From the human T2T-CHM13v2.0 reference genome, Homo sapiens: a stretch of 64,000 nucleotides of DNA. The stretch lies in assembly GCF_009914755.1 (NCBI RefSeq), contig NC_060932.1; one strand, written 5' to 3'. The notes under the pieces are model-generated. The model saw only the letters and a list, made by a program, of their open reading frames with translations. It did no database searches and was not told where the DNA came from. This document shows, one piece after another, positions 56,181-64,000 of the stretch. Positions within the stretch are counted from its first letter, which is position 1. Each line of letters starts with the position of its first letter. The translations under genes and the position numbers were made by a program.

Positions 56181-59100
56181 AATGTTTATGGAGAATATGG
56201 GATAGAAATATATAGTATGAATCCAATTTTGCAGACAGAACAGAAGGATAAGAAAGAGAAAGGAGGGAAGAAGGGAAGGAAGGAAAGAAGAAAAAAAGCT
56301 AAAAATCCTGGAAATAGGTACACTGAAATGTTAGCCACCTCTGGGTTTTGAGATTATAGGTGCTTTACACTGTCTTCTTTCTGCTTTTCTTCATTTTCAG
56401 AAATTTTCACAATGACCATATATCACCTTTGCAAAGAAATAAAGATTATTAATTTTAAAGAAAAAGAGATAGATACATAGAACAGCATCAGTATTCTCTT
56501 GGGTGGAAGAAAAAATGTGTGTCTCTGGTGTTAACCTCTGTGACGCACGTTCTTAAAAATCCTACTTCATCTGATGTGTCAGGTAATGATTGCAAAAGAC
56601 TTGGGGTGGGGGGTGCAGGATGGCTCACATTTTCTGGATAATTGCCCCCATTGTCCAGCTTGTGATGCATGTGGAGTCATATTCTCTATCTTTCTTCCAG
56701 ACCACACAGACACCAACAAGGGAGTGAGAACTTTCAGGCCAACAATCAATCAGCAAATGTTTAATGAGCTCCTACTATGTGCAAGGTTCTGTGCTCAGAG
56801 CGTGTCCTCTCGTGCTCTCCCTCGCTCTCACCAGCTGGCTCATACACACGCCCTCCTCTATGCTCCATCTTCCTCTCACCATCACAGTCAGCTTTCCCTG
56901 GGCCTCCTGCACACACCCCCTGAGCATCTATTCATTGAACCACGTGCCCCACCAAAGAGAAGAGAATCAGAGCCTTTTCCACCTGCCCTACCTCTGGACA
57001 GGGATGCATAGGAGGGCTGAAACTGGCATAGAGAGGTTGAACAGCCTGCCCCAGGTCTTACAGCAAGTCACAGGTGGACACCAGGCCTCCAGACCTCCTC
57101 CCAGCTGGCTCTCTGGGCTCCTCCACCCTCCTGGCCCTCCTGAGCATAGAACAAGCACTGCCTGAGGCAGCCAGGCCGGGAGGAGAGCTTGGAAGGTCAT
57201 ATACCTGTCATTCTGGGAGAGTGCTTGGCAGCTGCTCCTTCCAGCCTGCAGGAATTCATCCTGCAATAACTTGCCACACAAGACACACCTTTCCCGTTTG
57301 GACTGGATGCTGTCCCAGGACAGGAGGGAGGTGGAGGGCTGCCTTGGGTGCTGCAGAGAGCACCCGACCTCCTCCCTGGAGATGCCTAGAGGTGTTTGTT
57401 CTCAGGAAATGTTGGTCAAGCTGCGTGTCACCTGATAAGAGAGGAGAGACAGAGAGCTGGGTGGTTCAGACATCGGGAAGTGTGTGGGGACATGAGGCAG
57501 GATCCAGCAGGGCTGGATTTTCTGCAAAGCTAACAAGGCTCAGGGCAGAAGTGCAGCAACTGGGAGCAGGAGTCCTGGCTCCAAGTCGAATGCAGCCTCA
57601 GCTCACCAGGAGGGCATCAGCATGCGAGTGTTGAGCCTAGTTCCACAGAGACTTCTCTGTCCCATCCCAGGCCCTGTGGTTCTGCTTCTAGCTCCTCTTC
57701 CTTCCTCTTCCCCTGTGTCAAAATCCTTTTGATGTCCCCATCAGCACCATCCCCAGGAAACGTCAGCCTAAGCAGAGATGGCCAGAAGAGACCAGTGTCT
57801 TTCCTTCTTTGCAGCCCCACCTGTGTGCTTCAGGTCTTTACACCAGTGAATCTCTGTGCAGCCCATCTCCTGGGGTTCTGATGAGGAGCCCTCCAACCAT
57901 GCGTGGTGCTTCCCATCTCTCTCCCTCCACACTTCCCAGGGAGCAGGAGAATATTAACCAGAAGTACAGTAGCATGGCCCCCGAGCTCCCAGCTGAGCCC
58001 AGCAGCAGGGGAACCTACAGTTGTAGGGAGGGTGCAACATTCCCCAAAAGGAAGCACAATGCCCCACCTCCCAGAGACAGCCAACCCTTGCAGAACATGC
58101 TGTCTTAACAAAATTATTGCATTTCCAGCCTTTTAGTCACTCATTCAGCTCCTAAGTGCTGGGCCCCAGGGAATCAAAGCAGACAGAGACAGATCCATTC
58201 TCAAGATAGCCCCAGCTCCTGGAGGAGACCTCACTGGGCTGTCCTCAAGTGGAAGCAAGATCCGATTCTGATGATTAAGATTTGTTGAGTGTCTGCTTTG
58301 TGTCAGATGCCCGGGCACGGTTTATACACACACTGGCACAATGTCATCTTCTCAGCAAGTCTGTCAGGGAAGTCAGTTCTAAAGAAACCGAAGGTAAGAC
58401 ATTAAGCAATTTGCCCAAAGGCTAAGAAATAGAAAAACCGAGTGCCAGGACTCAGAAGACCTTTGATGGGACATGGTAGCAGTGGTGGGGTGGGTGGAGG
58501 AGGGGAGATGCTGGATCGAAAGGATGACAGGGCTTTTTGAGCGTACCAGGTCCTGCGTCACCAGGCGGGAGCTCTTCACAGTCCCACTGGACCACCCCAT
58601 GCCCAGGAAACAAAGGCTCTTGTTAGGATGGGTGTCGCTCAACCACTCTTTGCCAGGAAAGTCGCCCCACCCCACCCCATCCCATCCCCTGGCCCAGCAA
58701 AGGACCACGGTGCCCTCTGCATTTTTTAAACAGCTGTGGCCACATAGCAGGCTGACTCTTTGCATGAGGGGCACAGAGGACGTTTGGGAACTGCTTTCCA
58801 CTCTCCAAGTCTCCTCCCTTTCTGTCTGTCTTTCATTCCCCCTCTTTAAAAAGAAAGCAAGGTCTCTATCGTAGCCTATTGTGTGTGCGATGCCTGGCCA
58901 CTGGTTTTTTCCGCCCTGTCTCATTAAGATGGATGGGGTTGCTGCCTTATTAATAATTGGGAAGGTTCCCCTTTGTTCCTCTTTCCTCTCCTCGCTAACG
59001 ATCCTGCCCCAGAGGCTCCATAGAGAGCCAGGCAGCCCCCGAGCTAAGCAGAGCACCTCTGTGCTGCTCAGGCACTGCTGCCAAGCCAGGTCCGGCCCAG

Positions 59101-59434
59101 CCAGAGCATCCCACCCAGGGAGACAGTCTCGGCGCTCTCAGCTGCAGATCTAGTGAGCCACAGAAGGAAAGACTAGAAGTGACCAGAGATTGTGTCATCC
59201 AACCAGAAGGAGACTGATGCACCTGCCTAAGGTCACCCAGAGGATGGAGTCAAGAAACCCAAGTCCTGGTCCTGGGTCTACCCACAGCCCCTCTCTCCAG
59301 TGCTCCATCCTTTGCCCTTCTCACTGTCCTCCTCCAAACACAGCCTAAAAGCAGCACAACTAAAGTGTTTTCCTGTGGCTACTTCGCTAACCCATTCACT
59401 CATGTGCGTTGGTTTTCATGCTAGGGCAAAAGAG

Positions 59435-59760
59435 ACTTCATTCATTCATTTGCTTCATTCAACACATATTTTTGAGGGTCTACCATGTGGCAGATGCCGT
59501 TTCAGGCACTGGGGCAGCAGCAGAGAGCAAGGTGGGCAAGTGTGCTCTCTCTCGGCATTCACTTTCCAATAGAGTCAGACAAGAAAAAACACATAAACAC
59601 AGAAACACGGAAACAAGAATTTCTAAGAAAGCGGGAAAGAAGTCAAACAGCATGATTACGCCTAGAGGGCTTAGATCAGGGATGGCCTCCCTGAAGACGT
59701 GACATTTAGCTTGAGACCTGAAGGAGGAGTCTAAGACAATTCCAGCTCCCCAAAGAGAGC
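59435..59760 (-). mobile_element. L2 3' end
   Basis: ttcattcattcatttgcttcattcaacacatatttttgagggtctaccatgtggcaga. Confidence 0.65.
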
Positions 59761-59994
59761 CTAAAGTCCTTGAGAGCTGGAATATCTTGAGGGGAACAAT
59801 TGGGGAAAGAGTAGGCATTAAGTTGTGTGGGTCTGAAGCATAGCTGGACTTGGCTGGAAGTTTCAGAAAAAGGCAGAACCTAAGATGGGTTACATCTGGC
59901 TTGTCAAAGAAAAGGTTGCTGGGTGTTCCCTATGGGGCAATGGCTACAGCCAGGACAAGGGTCCCAGCACAGTATGTGACAACTGCTTGCCTCT

Positions 59995-60314
59995 TTTTCT
60001 CTTTTTTCTTTCTTTTTTTTTAAGAGACAAGATCTCCTCTGTTGCCCAGACTGGAGTGCAGTGGAATGATCATAGCTCACTGGAGCCTCGACCTCCTGGG
60101 ACTCCTGGACTCAAGTGATTCTCCCACCTCAGCCTCCTGAGTAGCTAGGACTACAGGTGCACACCAACAAGCCCAGCTAATTTTTAAGGTTTTTGTAGGG
60201 ACGAGGTCTCACCATGTTGCCCAGGGTGGCAACTCCAACTCTGGGACTCAAATGATGTTCCTACCTTGGCCCCCCAAAGCACTGAGATTACAGGTTTGAG
60301 CCACCATGCCCAGC
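59995..60314 (-). mobile_element. AluJ-like
   Basis: Antisense Alu flanked by caactg(c/t)tt(g/a)cctcttt repeats. Confidence 0.87.
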
Positions 60315-61146
60315 AACTGTTTACCTCTTTGTCCTAAGTCCCTAACTGATGTGTCTGGGCATTATAGTAATTCTTTTCACCCCAATCCTACAGTTCTCTT
60401 TCCAGATAAATGGGACCTAATCTGGGGTGCAGGGGGTAGTCAGAGAAGAGTTCTCAAATGAGGGCAACTTGTGGGTCTGTCTGGCCTCTGGATCCTGGCT
60501 TTTCTCAATCAGTCCCAACCTGTAACCACAGAGCCCAGGTTAACAGAGACAAGTAACATAGGTAGGAACATCAGACAAAGGAGGACTTCCTAAGAGAGGG
60601 GTGGAGGCCCCACCAACTTGCCAGTAGTTTGTGAAAGATTTTGGCTGTATAAATCATGTTCTGTTTGCAAGTTTAGACTTCTCCAGGCCTGCCCTCTCTC
60701 CAGCATGGGCTCCCGCACCCTCCCACTCCGCCACCTCTTGCAGAGAAGATGGGTGCCTGTTCCCAGAATACACTCCCAAGTTCTTCAATGGGCACAGAGT
60801 CCCATCTGCCTCTGCCTGCCCCACTTCCCCAAAAATGAACATAATGAAAAGAGAGATACTTTCTATAATGCTACTTGATCTTCTTGAAGCCAACCTGACT
60901 TTATGCCCTGGGTTTGTAAACTAAAGCCTATTCATACAGCCAGATGAGACAAGGACCTCTCTGCTCATGGGATCCCCCTGTTTGAGGGATTTCCACCCCA
61001 AATCCCCCTCCCCCACTGCTGCCATGTCAAGAAGATTAATGCCTTGCTCCAACCTGTGAAGGGGAGGCTGGGCTGTCACCGACCTTGCAGGGAAAGCCAA
61101 CTTTGTTTGCATGGGCATGGGAGAGCGTGGCTGACCCCAAGCGTGC

Positions 61147-61516
61147 ATGTGCACACACACATATATGCACACACAGACACATACACACACGCACACACGC
61201 AGACACACATACACACACACATGCACACACACATATACACACATACATATGCACACACATACACATACACACATGCACACACATACACACATGCACTCCC
61301 ATACACACATGCACACACATATACACACGCACACATACACACATGCATGCATACACATGCACACAGACATGCACAGACACACATGTACACATACGCACAC
61401 ACACGCGCACACACACACGCACACAGGCACACATGCACACAGGCACACATGCACACAGACACACAGACACACAGGCACACACATACATGCACATGTGTGC
61501 TCGCGTACACACACAC
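61147..61516. repeat. About 370-bp degenerate (CA/TA/TG)n alternating purine-pyrimidine repeat
   Basis: cacacacatatatgcacacacagacacatacacacacgcac... Confidence 0.95.
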
Positions 61517-61734
61517 CCCCCCGCCCCTCCTGGGACCCACCAGGGGAGGCTTGTATTCTCAATTCAGTTTTAGGGCCACAGCAAAATTTACCATGGCACC
61601 CATGTGGAGAAATTAGATGGATCCTCTGTTATACCTGAGAGGGAGCAGGTCTCATCTTGAGGAGACCTGGGCACAATGTGAATGAGTGAACCCTACAAAG
61701 GTAGTTGCCCTCCACAGCACTTCTTTTGGTTCTA

Positions 61735-62310
<576 letters not shown>

Positions 62311-63922
62311 TGTCATTTCCACCTCATAACCTTGTCATAATCACAACAGGGAAAGTGAAGGCTGGCTGAGTCCGCACTCAACCTCTCTCCAATTCCTGCC
62401 CATCTCCCTAAATCCTCCTTCATTTGATTCTTAATACTATTTACATATGTTTCAGAGCAGGTTTCCACAGCCTAAAATGGCAATAATCCTAGTAACATAT
62501 AAGTAGGTTTTAATGCATTTAAATAAGATTACACGTTGAAAAACATAACGACGCCTGACAACAATACCCCTCACCTGCAAAATGGTAGCTGTGCTTGTTC
62601 TTCTTGCTGGATTGCAGAACGCTTCTTGCTGGATTGCAGTAACTGAGGTGTGTTTACCTTTATTCCTGCAGCCCCAGCCGCAGCTTGGACCTTTGCACAG
62701 ATGCTTGATAATTGTTTGTTAGAAGTCCTCCATATCCATTCAGTTCTGGGTGCTAATCCCTCAAAAGCTGGCAGCAACAGGGTTTGCTAACCTAAGGAAT
62801 TCATTTGCGCTGAGACACTGTGGTCTCAACAGTTCCCAACGTTGATACATTTGCATGCTGGGGCTTTGTAATCTAAACCAAAAGAATGTTTCGTAGTGAC
62901 CATTTAAGGCATTGGGGTAGTGGGAGTAGGGTAGAATAATTATTGTGGAAAAAATACCTATTGGTACTCATGAAAGTACCCTTAGAAGTAAGCTAGCCCG
63001 GGGTCCCACATGACAGCCATGACTGGGACATTTACATTTGCCAGGCTGTGCCGCTCAGTGTCGCTGGCAAAGTTTAATTATCTCCAATTTTGCCTCCCAG
63101 AGGCTCTGGAACTTTCTTCTGGCCAATGTTTTTCTTGCTTAAAACCCAATGTCCCTGGGTCACCTGGCCACGCCAGGTGCTGCAAGCATTGGATTCACAC
63201 CTTGATGTGTGTGGTACTGGGAGGCCACGCTGTCAAAAGCACATAGCAGAAAGGGGAGGGTGCCACCAGGAAGGGGAGTGAGAGGCTGGCCCTGCCTGGC
63301 CAGCAAGGACTCCAGGTTCCTGGGTCGGGGACAAGAGTGGGTGTGCATTCCCCATGGGGCATCTGATAAGGCCATGAAGGTCCCATGCTGTGGTCTCTGC
63401 CAACATAGCCATCCCAAAGCTCAGCTCTGGGTGTGCCACATGCTTACCCAGAAGGCTTGAGTGGGTCCTGATGCCTCCTGCACCACATCCTGACTTCGGG
63501 GCCCTCTGCGGCTTGGCTCCAATGGTCCCTCCAGCTTCCCTTCCCACTCATTCCTGCTCCATGGCCAAATCAAACAACTCACCTTGCCCTAAACAGCCAC
63601 AAGGCTTCCCACCTTCCCACCTTTCCCCTTGCTGTTTCTCTTTCTTGGAAGGCAAATCCTGTCACCTCCATCATTTGAAATCCCCTCGCTTGTCCCTCCA
63701 GGTTCAAATCAATGGCCCCCTCTGCCTGATCAACATTGGCAGGACCCCTTCTCTGTACCCATAACTGTGTGTGCTCTGTTGTGTGGCCTGCTGGTTTTCT
63801 ACTTTGTTTCATACATGCATTTGTCTTCTTTCCCTTCCTGGATTGGAAACTCTGAAAGAGCAAGGAGCTGGTCTTGTATATTTCCCCCCACAGCACTTGC
63901 ACAATGTGCTAGTTGGTTGGAA

Positions 63923-64000
63923 AGATGGATGGATGGATGGATGGATGGATGGATGGATGGGTGGATGGGTGGATGGGTAAGTGGATAGATGGATGGATGG
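63923..64000. repeat. (GGAT)n tetranucleotide repeat running off the right edge
   Basis: gatggatggatggatgg... Confidence 0.93.

Noticed and set aside
58379-59056. 225-aa minus-strand ORF
   Set aside because: No recognisable domain, codon bias or splice structure.
60921-61638. Cys/Val-rich and His/Thr-rich ORFs
   Set aside because: Translations of the CA-type repeat, not metallothionein-like genes.

Overview
Human (primate) genomic DNA containing the 5' two-thirds of SFRP1 (secreted frizzled-related protein 1, a Wnt modulator; 8p11.21 by recall) on the minus strand. Present are the CpG-island promoter, coding exon 1 (42865-42322), a 5,077-bp intron 1, the 78-bp exon 2 (37244-37167) and at least 37 kb of intron 2. 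The NTR-domain exon 3 lies beyond the left edge. Intron 2 hosts a MADE1-derived miRNA (MIR548AO), an RPS29 processed pseudogene that still has an open 45-codon frame, and an old U6 snRNA/L1 chimeric retrocopy with target-site duplications (TSDs). About 25 Alus plus HAL1/L1M, MLT2, MSTA, MER5A, MER53, MIR, L2 and simple repeats fill the rest. I see no convincing wholly new biological system. The best unexplained leads are upstream of SFRP1: a coding-like candidate exon on the + strand (50150-50245) and a compound inverted-plus-direct duplication around a MER5A (51251-52904). Nearly all entries in the supplied ORF track are spurious. Repeat subfamily calls and boundaries were made by eye.
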